A DNA stretch of 64,000 nt from Eledone cirrhosa (Eukaryota), in the NCBI GenBank assembly GCA_964016885.1, contig OZ024752.1:43152001-43216000 (forward strand), in the 5' to 3' direction. Position 1 is the first letter of the stretch; every line of letters starts with the position of its first letter. The notes below the pieces were generated by a model. The model was not told the origin of the DNA and searched no databases. It saw only the letters and a program-made list of their open reading frames with translations. The translations under genes were made by a program, and so were the position numbers. Below are positions 39,476-53,155 of the stretch, piece by piece.

Positions 39476-39977
39476 GTAAGTCGAATTATTTTACATCACC
39501 ATTGCTATTACTGCCCCTCTCTCTCTCTTTCTGTGACTCCCTCTCTCTCTCTCTCCAACGTAGAGCCCCCACTTGAAATGGATTACCTAAAATTATTTAA
39601 ACCAAAAGTAGGCCACGGTACAAACGTAGTCTCACACACACACACACACACACGCACGCACACGCACACACATGTATATGGGTGCTCACTGATGTGAAAC
39701 CTCGTTGTTCCGCTTCGTTGATGAGAACTGGATCACCGTAAGGGCTGATGCTATTGATACTTCTGTTGTTGATGGCTTTGATGTGAATGACCTACCTATA
39801 TCTCTCTGTCTGTCTGTCTGTCTATCGACATATTGTTGTTATTGATGGTAATTGATATGGATGTTATTTCAGTAGTGAAATGGACCTCTCTCTCTCTCTC
39901 TCTCTCTCTCATGACATAAATACACACAAACATGTTGTGTGTGTGTGTTATATTTCTATTCTATTTGAATTTCAGTA

Positions 39978-40293
39978 AAAGATTGTAAGTTGTGGGGTCT
40001 AAGATTGTAACTTGTGGGGGTCTAAGATTGTAACTTGTGGGGTCTAAGATTGTAACTTGTGGGGGTCTAAGATTGTAAGTTGTGGGGTCTAAGATTGTAA
40101 GTTGTGGGGGTCTAAGATTGTAAGTTGTGGGGTCTAAGATTGTAAGTTGTGGGGTCTAAGATTGTAACTTGTGGGGGTCTAAGATTGTAACTTGTGGGGT
40201 CTAAGATTGTAACTTGTGGGTCTCTAAGATTGTAAGTTGTGGGGGTCTAAGATTGTAACTTGTGGGGGTCTAAGATTGTAACTTGTGGGGTCT
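39978..40293. repeat. 22/23-bp minisatellite, about 14 copies
   Basis: Unit aagattgtaa(g/c)ttgtgggg(g)tct. Confidence 0.95.
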
Positions 40294-40637
40294 ATTCTGC
40301 ATGAAGAACTCGATGTAATCCATATGTTGAAAATGTTGTAGGTTAAGATAAATCTCGGAAAAGAATAAAACATTAAAAGGAAAACAGAGTCATGATATAA
40401 GTTAAAACAATGAAATAAAATTTAAAAAATCAAGTCATATATATATATATATATATATATAGGTTTAGGAATAACCAAAGAGTGCTTAGAAGAAATACAT
40501 GGTTTTATAAGCTAACAAGGGTTTCATCCGTACCCTAAGGAAGGGCAATATATCTGCGTGTCTGGGCACATTGATATATTTGTCAACGAAACTATATATA
40601 TATATATACGATATATTAACAAATGGAAACTATATTT

Positions 40638-40733
40638 ATAAAACCATATTTATTTCATTATACATATTTCAAGGACACCAAGTTAAATTATGGTGTGCTT
40701 TCATCAGATAAAATATAATATAGAGCAGTTTTA
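40638..40733 (-). ncRNA. Type I hammerhead ribozyme motif (diverged copy)
   Basis: CTGATGA 40707-40701; stem II AAG-c-ACACCA/TGGTGT-c-CTT; GAAA 40670-40667; AUA site; two compensatory pair changes relative to the 37.6 kb copies. Confidence 0.8.
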
Positions 40734-41239
40734 TAAATTGTGCATGCATGTATGTATGTATGTAATTTCGGTACCCCTTCTCCCCCTTTTCAAAGCCTGT
40801 AGACCCCCGCTTCTGAGATCGTTATGGTATTTTTATCTATGTTGGGGCGGAGGGAACCTTACCTCCCGCCCTCTCTAAGTCCGTTACAGCAATTTGATAG
40901 TCGGTACTTTTCAAATCAGGTTTTATCGCCGTCTGTCAGGAGTTTTTTCTTGTTCTTTCATTTTTCCTTGGAATAATAATAATAATTGGCTGTTGTTTTT
41001 GTTCTTTTTCGGTGTTGCCTATTGAAATATATGTAAGAATAATTTATTATTTCATTAGATGTTGCAATTAAATTGTAGTTAAATGTTAATTACTTAACGG
41101 CCTCTCGTTTTGCGGCAGCCGGTTCTTGACTGTGTGAATGTGAGGGAGGAGGGGAGGGGAATTACGGCTTAGTGGTTTAACGGTCTTTTGAAGCAGCCAA
41201 GCATATGTACACTCCCTCACTTCAACTAGTTATGTATAT

Positions 41240-41275
<36 letters not shown>

Positions 41276-41285
41276 CTAGTTGAAG

Positions 41286-41333
<48 letters not shown>

Positions 41334-41657
41334 TGAGGGGCATGAGAATGAGCACTCAATACCGAAGTAGAGTTTAAATATTCTTTATTATGTCCAAGTG
41401 AGGAGTCTTGTTCTGGAGTTTCACTGCGAGTATACAGGATCGCCACGGGATTATATATATATATTTATTTATATATAGTAATAATAATAAAATTGAAGAC
41501 TAAAATCCAAAGAGGGCTCGATAAGGAAAATATATATCAAATATATAAGAACCGTAGAGCAAATATTTTAGTTTCAGAAGATCCCGTTAAGGGTGAAAGC
41601 AGCGATTCTTTGCTTAAACTTTAATCTGTTATTTTAATAAATATATTTATATATATA

Positions 41658-41724
<67 letters not shown>

Positions 41725-41943
41725 CGTTTCTGAATTTGTTTAGCAAGATTCTTTATCTGAAAACGTGTGTTGAAACCGATATTGTTATACTTTGGGAGGG
41801 TCATGTTGCCAAACATATTGGCAACATGACCCTCCCAAAGTATAACAATATATATATATATACACACACATACATACATACATACATTAAGAATGTTGTT
41901 TACCAACTGTACATCGCTTTCTTTTGAAAGAATTCTTTTCTGT

Positions 41944-44900
41944 CTTCTGTATATATAATATATATACTGTGTTATATATAATATAGATACTGTGTTGTTA
42001 TATATCCCTAACTCTTCTGTATATATAATATATATACTGTGTTGTTATATATCCCTAACTCTTCTGTATATATAATATATATACTGTGTTGTTATATATC
42101 CCTAACTCTTCTGTATATATAATATATATACTGTGTTGTTATATATCCCTAACTCTTCTGTATATATAATATATATACTGTGTTGTTATATATCCCTAAC
42201 TCTTCTGTATATATAATATATATACTGTGTTGTTATATATCACTAACTCTTCTGTATATATAATATATATACTGTGTTGTTATATATCACTAACTCTTCT
42301 GTATATATAATATATATACTGTGTTGTTATATATCCCTAACTCTTCTGTATATATAATATATATACTGTGTTGTTATATATCCCTAACTCTTCTGTATAT
42401 ATAATATATATACTGTGTTGTTATATATCCCTAACTCTTCTGTATATATAATATATATACTGTGTTGTTATATATCACAAACTCTTCTGTATCTATAATA
42501 TATATATTGTGTTATATATCACAAACTCTTCTGTATATATAATATATATATTGTGTTATATATCACAAACTCTTCTGTATATATAATATATATACTGTGT
42601 TATATATCACTAACTCTTCTGTATATATAATATATATACTCTGTTGTTATATATCCCTAACTCTTCTGTATATATAATATATATACTGTGTTATATATCA
42701 CTAACTCTTCTGTATATATAATATATATACTGTGTTGTTATATATCACAAACTCTTCTGTATATATAATATATATACTGTGTTATATATCACAAACTCTT
42801 CTGTATATATAATATATATACTGTGTTATATATCACTAACTCTTCTGTATATATAATATATATACTGTGTTATATATCACTAACTCTTCTGTATATATAA
42901 TATATATACTGTGTTATATATCCCTAACTCTTCTGTAAATATAATATATATACTGTGTTGTTATATATCACAAACTCTTCTGTATATATAATATATATAC
43001 TGTGTTGTTATATATCACAAACTCTTCTGTATATATAATATATATATTGTGTTGTTATATATCACAAACTCTTCTGTATATATAATATATATACTGTGTT
43101 GTTATATATCACAAACTGTTCTCTATATATAATATATATACTGTGTTATATATCCCTAACTCTTCTGTATATATAATATATATACTGTGTTGTTATATAT
43201 CACAAACTCTTCTCTATATATAATATATATACTGTGTTATATATCACAAACTCTTCTCTATATATAATATATATACTGTGTTATATATCACAAACTCTTC
43301 TGTATATATAATATATATACTGTGTTGTTATATATCCCTAACTCTTCTGTATATATAATATATATACTGTGTTATATATCACAAACTCTTCTGTATATAT
43401 AATATATATACTGTGTTATATATCACTAACTCTTCTGTATATATAATATATATACTGTGTTATATATCACTAACTCTTCTCTATATATAATATATATACT
43501 GTGTTGTTATATATCACTAACTCTTCTGTATATATAATATATATATTGTGTTGTTATATATCACAAACTCTTCTGTATATATAATATATATACTGTGTTG
43601 TTATATATCACAAACTCTTCTCTATATATAATATATATACTGTGTTATATATCACTAACTCTTCTGTATATATAATATATATATTGTGTTGTTATATATC
43701 ACAAACTCTTCTGTATATATAATATATATACTGTGTTATATATCACAAACTCTTCTCTATATATAATATATATATACTGTGTTATATATCACAAACTCTT
43801 CTGTATATATAATATATATACTGTGTTATATATCACAAACTCTTCTGTATATATAATATATATACTGTGTTATATATCACAAACTCTTCTGTATATATAA
43901 TATATATACTGTGTTATATATCACAAACTCTTCTGTATATATAATATATATACTGTGTTATATATCACAAACTCTTCTGTATATATAATATATATATTGT
44001 GTTATATATCACAAACTCTTCTGTATATATAATATATATACTGTGTTATATATCCCTAACTCTTCTGTATATATAATATATATACTGTGTTATATATCAC
44101 TAACTCTTCTGTATATATAATATATATACTGTGTTGTTATATATCCCTAACTCTTCTGTATATATAATATATATACTGTGTTATATATCACAAACTCTTC
44201 TGTATATATAATATATATATTGTGTTGTTATATATCACTAACTCTTCTGTATATATAATATATATACTGTGTTATATATCACAAACTCTTCTGTATATAT
44301 AATATATATACTGTGTTGTTATATATCCCTAACTCTTCAGTATATATAATATATATACTGTGTTGTTATATATCACAAGCTCTTCTGTATATATAATATA
44401 TATACTGTGTTGTTATATATCACAAACTCTTCTCTATATATAATATATATACTGTGTTGTTATATATCACAAACTCTTCTGTATATATAATATATATACT
44501 GTGTTATATATCCCTAACACTTCTATATATATAATATATATACTGTGTTGTTATATATCACTAACTCTTCTGTATATATAATATATATACTGTGTTATAT
44601 ATCACAAACTCTTCTATATATATAATCTATATACTGTGTTGTTATATATCACAAACTCTTCTGTATATAATATATATATACTGTGTTATATATCACTAAC
44701 TCTTCTGTATATATAATATATATACTGTGTTATATATCACTAACTCTTCTGTATATATAATATATATACTGTGTTATATATCACTAACTCTTCTGTATAT
44801 ATAATATATATATACTGTGTTATATATCCCTAACTCTTCTGTATATATAATATATATACTGTGTTATATATCACTAACTCTTCTGTATATATAATATATA

Positions 44901-45106
44901 TACTGTATTATATATCACTAACTCTTCTGTATATATAATATATATACTGTGTTATATATCACTAACTCTTCTGTATATATAATATATATACTGTATTATA
45001 TATCACTAACTCTTCTGTATATATAATATATATACTATGTTATACATCACTAACTCTTCTGTATATATAATATATATACTGTGTTATATATCACAAACTC
45101 TTCTAT
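41944..45106. repeat. 44/47-bp AT-rich tandem satellite, about 70 copies
   Basis: Unit aactcttctgtatatataatatatatactgtgtt(gtt)atatatc(c/a)c(t/a). Confidence 0.97.
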
Positions 45107-45234
45107 TTAAACAATCTAACCTCTCTGTTGTATTTCTGTTTCTATCTAAAATGACATAAACACATTCAGCTTGGAACTATTATTACTTGACAGTATAAAC
45201 CATCTTAAGATATATATCTATATACATATATTAC

Positions 45235-46520
45235 CATCCATGCACACTACATGTCCATACCAGTGCAGTTTCCTCTCCTGTTCACATCTGATACCTCTTA
45301 TACACCATTTCTCAGTGCATCCATGGTTTGTCATTCATTAATATTGCACGTCTATCGAAGCATGCTCACTTCATTTCTCTCCAGTCTTTATATATCTTCT
45401 GCAGTTACTAGCCATGTTTCACTACCACACAGTATTGCACATCACATACAGGCATTATACAGCCCACCTTTTGTTGTCAACAGGGGTAGTAGCACTCTAA
45501 ATGTTTACATCCTGTTCATATTCTAGCTACTGTGTTTTGGGGGCATTCACTTCCACTGCTAATTAGGTCACCCATATAGCAGAAGCTATCAACCACCTCT
45601 GTGGATCATACCTGTGATTAAAAAGGTGTATAGCACTGACACTTTTACAATCAATTTTCCCTGAACATCTACTACATAATAAGTCTTTCTTTCCTGTTAG
45701 TCTGCCTACTATCCTGCTACACCTCTTGTGTACCCAAGCTTTGCATTGTGAACCCAAGTCTACCCAAGCTTTGCATTGAGTTTCTACCTACCCCTTTTTT
45801 TAATATCGAGCAAGGCCCCTGATGGGATGAGGGTCTTGTCTTTTTCCTACTTATTAACACTTTATTTTTTGCTAAATTCACACTCAGCCCTTTTGATTCT
45901 AGGTTCTGTTTCCACAGCAATTTTTTCTCTATTTCTTACACAGATTCAGTAATAAGAATCTGGTTGTCAGCATGCAGAAGTTCCCATGGACAACCTGTCT
46001 TAAATTCCTCTGTTATGGCCTGAAAGATTATATTAAACAGAATTGAGCTCTGATGAGCTCCTATCTGTACTTTGAATTCCTTGCTAAACTCAATTACTTC
46101 TCTCTTTACTGACAGCTCCTTTGTACATGGCTTTCACTGCTTTCACAAACCATTCTTCTACGCCTAGTTGTCTTAATGACCACCAGACAACAGGTCAAAG
46201 GCCTTCTCTAGATCAACAAAGGCTAGATATAGAGGCCTGCTCTTAGCTGGGAACTTCTTTTCTAGCTGTCTCATCTGTAGTACTCCTGCCACAAAGCTGA
46301 ACTGCATCTCATCTAGTTTGACCCTTTCCCTCTTGTGTTAGAACTCTTTCTGTCACTCTTTCTTTCATAACTTGGTCCATTAGTTTTATGCCCTTGTAGT
46401 TACTCCTATTTAGTGCATCACCTTTTTCCTTGTAGCAATTAATGAGTATACTGCTACACCAGCCATTGTGAATGACCCCATCCTGTATTGTTTGGTTTAC
46501 TATGCTTTACCATTCTTTGA
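45235..46520 (-). mobile_element. Degenerate RTE-type LINE fragment
   Basis: QAITEEFKTGCPWELLHADN, GLSVNLAK, C-xx-WVHKRCS motifs. Confidence 0.8.
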
Positions 46521-46979
46521 CCCTATATCTGTCGATTTTGGTAGTTGGTCCCTCTGTGTTTGTTGGGGATAGTCTCCCATTCATTTTCCACATTAATCAA
46601 CATTTCATAGTAGCATTTCCAGGCTTCTTTCTTTTGAGCATCGGTGATGCTAAGTGCACTGACAAGGGACCAGGAAACCATGTTGGTCTCCTATAGTAGC
46701 TTAAAGGATTCTTGTGATTGTATAATTACTTCTATGTGTCAAACAGCTAGCTAAAGGTGCCAGGAAGAGCATTTGGTAGTAAAACACTGCCTCAAATAAA
46801 GTCCATGATGGGTATGAAGCTTTTCACAGGGTCCACATTGACTTCTGCTTTAGTAGGGAAAATAGCCTGAAATCATTTGTTGTGATTGTATAATTATTTT
46901 CTTTTTTACAGTAACTATTTTTTTTTTGTGAGTAATTGTTTATTGAAATAATTGTATTTATTTTTTGTCTTTTCCCCAG

Positions 46980-47019
46980 TGATATTTACCATGAATTAAC
47001 AATGATAGAGTAGTTTTTG
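46980..47019 (+). other. Candidate 40-nt 5'UTR exon of Suv4-20/KMT5B
   Basis: Strong polypyrimidine tract plus cag, and G|gtaagt donor, 2.5 kb upstream of the ATG exon, which itself starts with an acceptor. Confidence 0.55.
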
Positions 47020-48943
47020 GTAAGTTCACCATTTCTGTTTCTTTCATTTGTCACTGATAGTGTTTATTTTATGTACCCTATTTAGAATATTCCAGATAAA
47101 CCTATAGAGGTCTGAACTGTAAATTTCATTTCATATCTTGCCAGTTCTGAAATTGTCTGGTTCTAACATACACATCTATTTTGAAAAGTTCTTCTTTAAA
47201 CTAAAACCTTCCATCATAATATTATGTTGGAACATTTTGTTATATTCTTAAGTGATTTAAACCTTTTGTTACCATATGCCTATGAATTTCAAATAATTTT
47301 GAAAATAATCAAGAATTTATGGGGATTTAGAATTATAACTAACTTTCTAACTTTCTCATAATTAATTTCTTACATAAAATAAATAATGAGCGAGACACGG
47401 TCACCCGACCAACCTTGCCTCAAGTGGGACAACTCCAGTCTAACCCATGCTAGCGTGGAAGATGGACGTAAACGATGATGATGATGATGATGAACCATAT
47501 GTTAAGCTATTAAAGATACTTAGTAATGAAATAATTAATAATTTTAGTAAATATATCAAAAGTATTTATTGAATAATTGAAATAGTGTATTTCATTAGAA
47601 ATATGATCACAAAAGGCTTTAGCATTTAAACCGTCCATAACCGACTGCTCATACTGATGTGAAGGTATTGTTCTCAAAATAAATAATATCAAAATCTCAG
47701 ATTCAATATTACTGTGAAAATACAATAGTAAATATATAAGAGTAATGTAAATGCTAAAGGGTTAAGGAATATTTCCTGAAGTAGAATGGTGTCTCTAACT
47801 CAACTGAGATAGATTTATAGATTATTTGTCTTCTGTATAAAACATGAAAATTTCAGATTTTATTCATCCAAACAATTTAAATCCTAATTGTAGTCTATGT
47901 GTGATGTCTGTGACAATTTAGGTTGGGTGGGTCTGCAAATTCAGTTGTTTGCAGTAATTATTGGAGTTGTTTTTAGAAGGATGAAATATTAGATTTAAAA
48001 TAGGAATAATGTATGTTTTTGTTCTCTTAGTATGCCTAAGATAAAGTTAGGAATGTGACTTATCTAAAGATATTGGTCATTGCCAGTATGGTACCTTAGT
48101 ATGTCTGTGACAAAGCTAAGAATGTGTTCTATCTTGGTATGTCTGAGACCAAGCTAGGAATGTGAGTTATCTAAAGATATCAGTCCTGTGATACCTAAAG
48201 CCACTCTCTATCTATATCTCATATCTCCACCACATGGTCTGAATTTAGAAATGTTTATCAGAGAGGAAGTTCAAAACCGTCAAAAGTGCTGTGAGGTTCT
48301 CTTCACCTTGGAAGATAACATTTATTTAGGTTTTCCAGTTGTCTTACTGGGGATCTTATAGTACCATGCTGTTTATTTTAATGAATAATTACTCTATGTT
48401 CCAAACACTAGCTTAAACCTTTTGATACCAACCAACCTGAATCACACGCTTGGTTCTGTGGTACAAAACTACTTCTTTTGAAATGATTGTATTTATTTTT
48501 TAAAAATTTATGTAAGAACTTTTGTTAAGTTAAGAACACCAACATGATAATGTGAAAATTAGTAATAACCTCAATTCAAAATGTATTGTACATTGTAAAT
48601 ATTGTATGTACTATGTATAGGTGTGTGACTTATCTACTGAACCTACAAAACCTCAGTTCAAAATATGTAGTACATTATAATTGTATGTATATATATATAT
48701 ATATATAGTGTCTATGCCCACAAATATATACAGTAAGGGAAAGACAACAAAAAAGAGGGCTAATATAGTGATATTTTAAAGTTATATCATTATTTTCTCT
48801 CATCTGATGGTTTCAACAAACATTTTAAACAAATTTACAGTCCTAGTACTTCCATAGCACTATTTGAGGAAAGTACAAATATTTCAATAATTTCCACAAA
48901 CCTTCCGATTTAACCCTTTTGTTACTATATTTCTAAAGACATT

Positions 48944-49255
48944 GAGGCACATGGCTTAGTGGTTAGGTTGTGGGTTCAATTCTCAGACCAGGTGATGTGT
49001 TGTTTCCTTGAGCAAGACACTTTATTTCACATTGCTCTAGTTTACTCAGCTGTAGAAATGAGATGATAGGACTGGGGTCCCTATCATTCCACTGCAAAGT
49101 GGTCGTGGAGGTGCCACAGCAAAAAGCACCCAGCACTCACTGTAAATGAGGTTGGTGTTAGGAAGGGCATCCAGCTGTAGAAATCAAGCCAGAATCAGTT
49201 CCCGTCCCACCCTTGTAAGCAGGGAAAAGCGGACGTAAAATGATGATGATGATGA
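48944..49255 (+). mobile_element. tRNA-derived CORE-type SINE with RTE-like tail and (TGA)n end
   Basis: A-box tggcttagtgg, B-box ggttcaattct, MIR-CORE-like ccttgagcaagacactt...ctcagctgtagaaatgag; near-identical copies elsewhere in the window. Confidence 0.85.
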
Positions 49256-49519
49256 TTGACTTTCAAATAATTTTGAAAATAATCAGTTTGAAGGTTTAGT
49301 AATAAAACTAACTTTCATGTGATATTTGGAACATAAATGTTTTCAGATAAAATTAGATTTGAATTCTTACAGCCTAATTGTTTATAGCCATAGATGTGGA
49401 AATGAATTTACATGCATTGTCTAGTTGTGTATACATAAATTGTTTTAATATATATTTGTGTTTATGTATGTATGTATATATATTTATATATTTGTTATTA
49501 ATTATAAAAGGTCATCAAA

Positions 49520-49659
49520 ATGGTTGTTGAAGGAGGCAGTTCTCGCTATAGTCCTTCGACAGGGATGACAGCTAAAGAACTGTGTGAAAATGATGATCTG
49601 GCAACAAGTTTGATCCTGGATCCATACCTGGGATTTATTACTCACAAGATGAACATCAA
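49520..49659 (+). CDS. KMT5B: Histone H4K20 methyltransferase Suv4-20/KMT5B, coding exon 1 ([46 protein letters not shown])
   Basis: [23 protein letters not shown] signature of Suv4-20; acceptor at 49509-49510; gtaagt donor, phase 2. Confidence 0.95.
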
Positions 49660-50687
49660 GTAAGTCCCACTTTTTAACCCTTTCAATACCTAATGAAAGA
49701 CATTAACCTATGGTTTTCAAATCATTGTGAAATTTCTATTCAATTTTAAGTAATTTTTATTTTATTTTATACCAACTCATCCCAACTAATTTTATATGAC
49801 CCATATTAAATTACTAACTTATTAATGAAATAATTAATAATTTTAGTAAATCCTAAAAATTCTTCAGCAATTAATTGAAATAATCATTTTATGCCTGCAT
49901 GGAAAGCAGACATAAAATAATTATTGTTATTATGTACAGTTTGCACAGTAAATATGATTATTTCTGGATCATCTATATCCTGTTAGGTTTCAACAAGGAC
50001 CTTAGACAGACTTACTCTCTTGAGTACTCAACAGTGTAGTTTTTTGTGGGAGAGCAATTTATGTTTTGAGGTCTATTTGCTTAAGATACCCTCTCAGTTT
50101 TCTGATGTTGAGTCCAAAGCTCCGATGTCAACTGCAATTATCTTGATACTGTTAATTTTTTTTTGGGGGGAGGGGGGGTATAGGTTCCCAATTTCTTTCA
50201 ATGCTATGTTGTGATTTGGGTAGCAATGATTTTATGCTGTGCATTAAAATATTTAATTCAGTAATAGATTCTGTCTGGACCTACAGCCTTCCAGTTTGGC
50301 CATCTTTTAAGCCTATGCATTGATATTATCACTACCAATTGTAACTGGGAGCTGTTTAGATACTTCTTTAAGCTGTCTTTGGATATAACAGATTCACTCA
50401 GCAGTTATGTTGTAGTGCACAGATGTTCCCCACATGTTATTCCTGAAGGTCATAGCTTCATGTGAATCATGTGGTAAATATTTTAACACCACCACCTGTT
50501 AGGCTTCGAAAACCTTCTTTTGAATACTTTTAAATAATCTCTTCTGTTGGAACTGAAACATTCTTTGTGTATATCGTTAGAGTTTTACATTCTTTTCACC
50601 TGTTCTAAAACTGTGTATATATAGGCCTAGATATCTAAGACAGTATTTTGTGTCCAGTCTTTCTTTACCCATTCCCTTCCTGTAGTC

Positions 50688-50860
50688 CAGGCATGTCAAA
50701 CATGTGGCCCTTTACAAGCACATCTGTGGCCCGCATAAAGGTTTTTACAGCATGAGCTTATTTTATCTTTGTAATATAAAATTTAAAAAATTAGTTGCCG
50801 TGCGTAGCCCTCAGACAACACATATGTGGCCCTCGGGGGACCCTCAGTTTGACATGCCTG
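50688..50860. mobile_element. hAT-type MITE (same family)
   Basis: Same TIR; TSD CTGTAGTC/CTTTAGTC (7 of 8 match). Confidence 0.85.
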
Positions 50861-51639
50861 CTTTAGTCCACACACCTCAATGCCAATGGTCAATTTATAC
50901 TGGGGTCTTTATGTGGTATTTTAATGTTATTTTCTATCCTCTACATCCTCCAAGGTTCCATAACTTTGTCCTTTGCTTTACCATAATTTGTAGTTTACCC
51001 CTTCTCCAACAACTGTTGCTGTAAATAGATTTCTTGCTTCAATTGTTTACAGCATTGGTTTCATTCTTTAATTTGTATCTTGAACCAGTCTTTAGATTAG
51101 ATACGATGGGCATCACAACTTGTGGCATAATCTCTTTAAGTCTATTGACTGTTAACTTTTCCTTATCTATGTTATTTAAATCTGGTTGTTGTTGTTGTTA
51201 TTATTTGTACATTGTTCTACACATTCCTGTGTTTTAACACAAATTACTCAAACCAAATACTCAGTTTTGTTTTGTTCTTTCAGTATATTGTAATTATAAT
51301 TTATCATTCTCAGTAGTTTATTTCAATATATAATAATTTGTTATCTGAAACGATAGGAAAATAAATATTGTAGATTTAATGTCGGTAGATAAGAATAGCA
51401 TAAAGGGAGTTAACTGTATTTAAATGAATTTTCTACTACTATAGTTATTTCCCTTAATGGTATGTGGAGAATGACAATGGAAAGAAAAATGGATAACTAA
51501 TAGTGTGTGTAGATTATGTAATTAACATTTTGAACCACGGCATTAGAAGATTATCTTCTCTCTATGGCAAACCCTGACATTGGAATAAATTTCTTGCTTC
51601 ATCTGTTGTTATTGGATACAGTTTACTTCATATATAATG

Positions 51640-52830
51640 TAGTGAAATTGTGTGTGTTTGCTTCATCCTGTGTACATGGGAAGGCAAGTCTTCTGCAGTA
51701 CTGCATGGCGCCAGAGATCTCGAACCTTTAAGAAGTACAATTGTGTGAGATCAGCTTTAATCACCTCATCCTAAGTTTTCCTAGGTCTTCCTCTCCCATA
51801 GCTTCCATCAACTTTGAGTGCCCTGAACCTTTTAATACAGCCGTCATCCTTCATATGCATCACATATCCCTACCACTGCATCTTATCCCACTTAAGCCCA
51901 GTTTCTCCCTCTTTGCCATTCAAAAATATTACTATTACACATCCGTTGGAGCATGCAAGCTTCATTTCTTTCCAATCTTTGAAGGTCTTCTGCCTACAGT
52001 GCCCAGGTCTCACTACCATGCAGCATTGCTGTTCGTATACACGCGTCATACAATCTGCCCTTCATTTTGAGAGATAAACCTTTTGTAGTTAGCAATAGTA
52101 GTAGCTCCTTGAACTTTCACCATCCTATTCTTACTCTGGCTACTGTACTTTCGGAACACCCACCTCCATTGCTAATTTGGTCACCCAGGTAACAGAATCT
52201 ATCAACTGCTTCTACGGAACCCTCAAAGTATTTAATAGAGCTTGTTTCCTGTGAGCGCTTGCTGCTTAACACTCCTGTGCATCGACCACGTGTAAAACCT
52301 ACATCGCATAACATGCATAAACTTCTATTTTCTGCTTCTCTCCTTGCTAAGTATACTTGTCGCCTAACCTCTTGATAAAGTTCTCTGCCTCCTCTATTTT
52401 GCCATTCTTTCCATGCCTGTCTTTTGTCCTTATTTGTTTCATTCACCCTACTATTCTACCACCAAGTCACTCTCCTACTCTCTCACCCTCTGCTCCAGCC
52501 ACATGCCTTATTTGTAGCCTTCAGTAGATTATCTCTTAGGAATTCCCACTGCTCCTCTATATTGTATGTTGGTATTTCTTCTTCCTTATTGTCAAAAGCA
52601 TCAAGTAAGATATTCCTAAATTTGTTACAGGGTGAGGACTTCTTCAACTTCAATATTCTTCTCCTCTAGGTTACCCTCTGTCTTTAAGTTCATCTAGCCC
52701 TAATTAACAAATTGCTAACTACTAGGTTATATTGGGAGGGATTTTGTATTTTCAACCATCGCTCTATCTCGCCTTCTGTTGAGGATAAAATCTATTTGTG
52801 CCCACCTAATCTATAGGAGCCTGGATCACA
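51640..52830 (-). mobile_element. Degenerate, internally deleted RTE-type LINE
   Basis: VDRFCYLGDQI..GGGC.....ARVRIGW motif plus upstream ORF remnants. Confidence 0.75.
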
Positions 52831-52989
52831 GTATATATATAATTGTTTCTACTTTAGGCACAAGGCCAGTTATGTGAGACTAAATATATATATATATGTG
52901 TGTGTGTTATCTCTTTCAACAGTAATATTCCTTTATAATTAACTCTGTAATTTCTTGATTATTTTTCAATTATTTCAATGTTTTCTCAG

Positions 52990-53155
52990 ACACAAGCCAT
53001 TAAGAGGGCGCCAGGAAGAACTAACTGCTCTCATAGAAAAATTTATGAAAGAACAAAGTTATGAAGAAACCTATGCAAGGTTTCTGTCTGAAGATGTAGT
53101 TAGGAACTTTCTGATTGGCAAATCTAAAGAAAATCGAAGAACTTTCCGAGAACAT
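52990..53155 (+). CDS. KMT5B: Suv4-20/KMT5B coding exon 2 (HKPLRGRQEEL...RRTFREH)
   Basis: cag/gtaagt boundaries, phase 2-0, frame consistent. Confidence 0.93.

Noticed and set aside
41572-41610. CAGAAGA-TCCC-GTTAA-GGGT-GAAA hammerhead-like string
   Set aside because: Core U4 is mutated and stems I and III do not form convincingly.
48944-48990. tRNA gene
   Set aside because: A/B boxes belong to a SINE head; no full cloverleaf.
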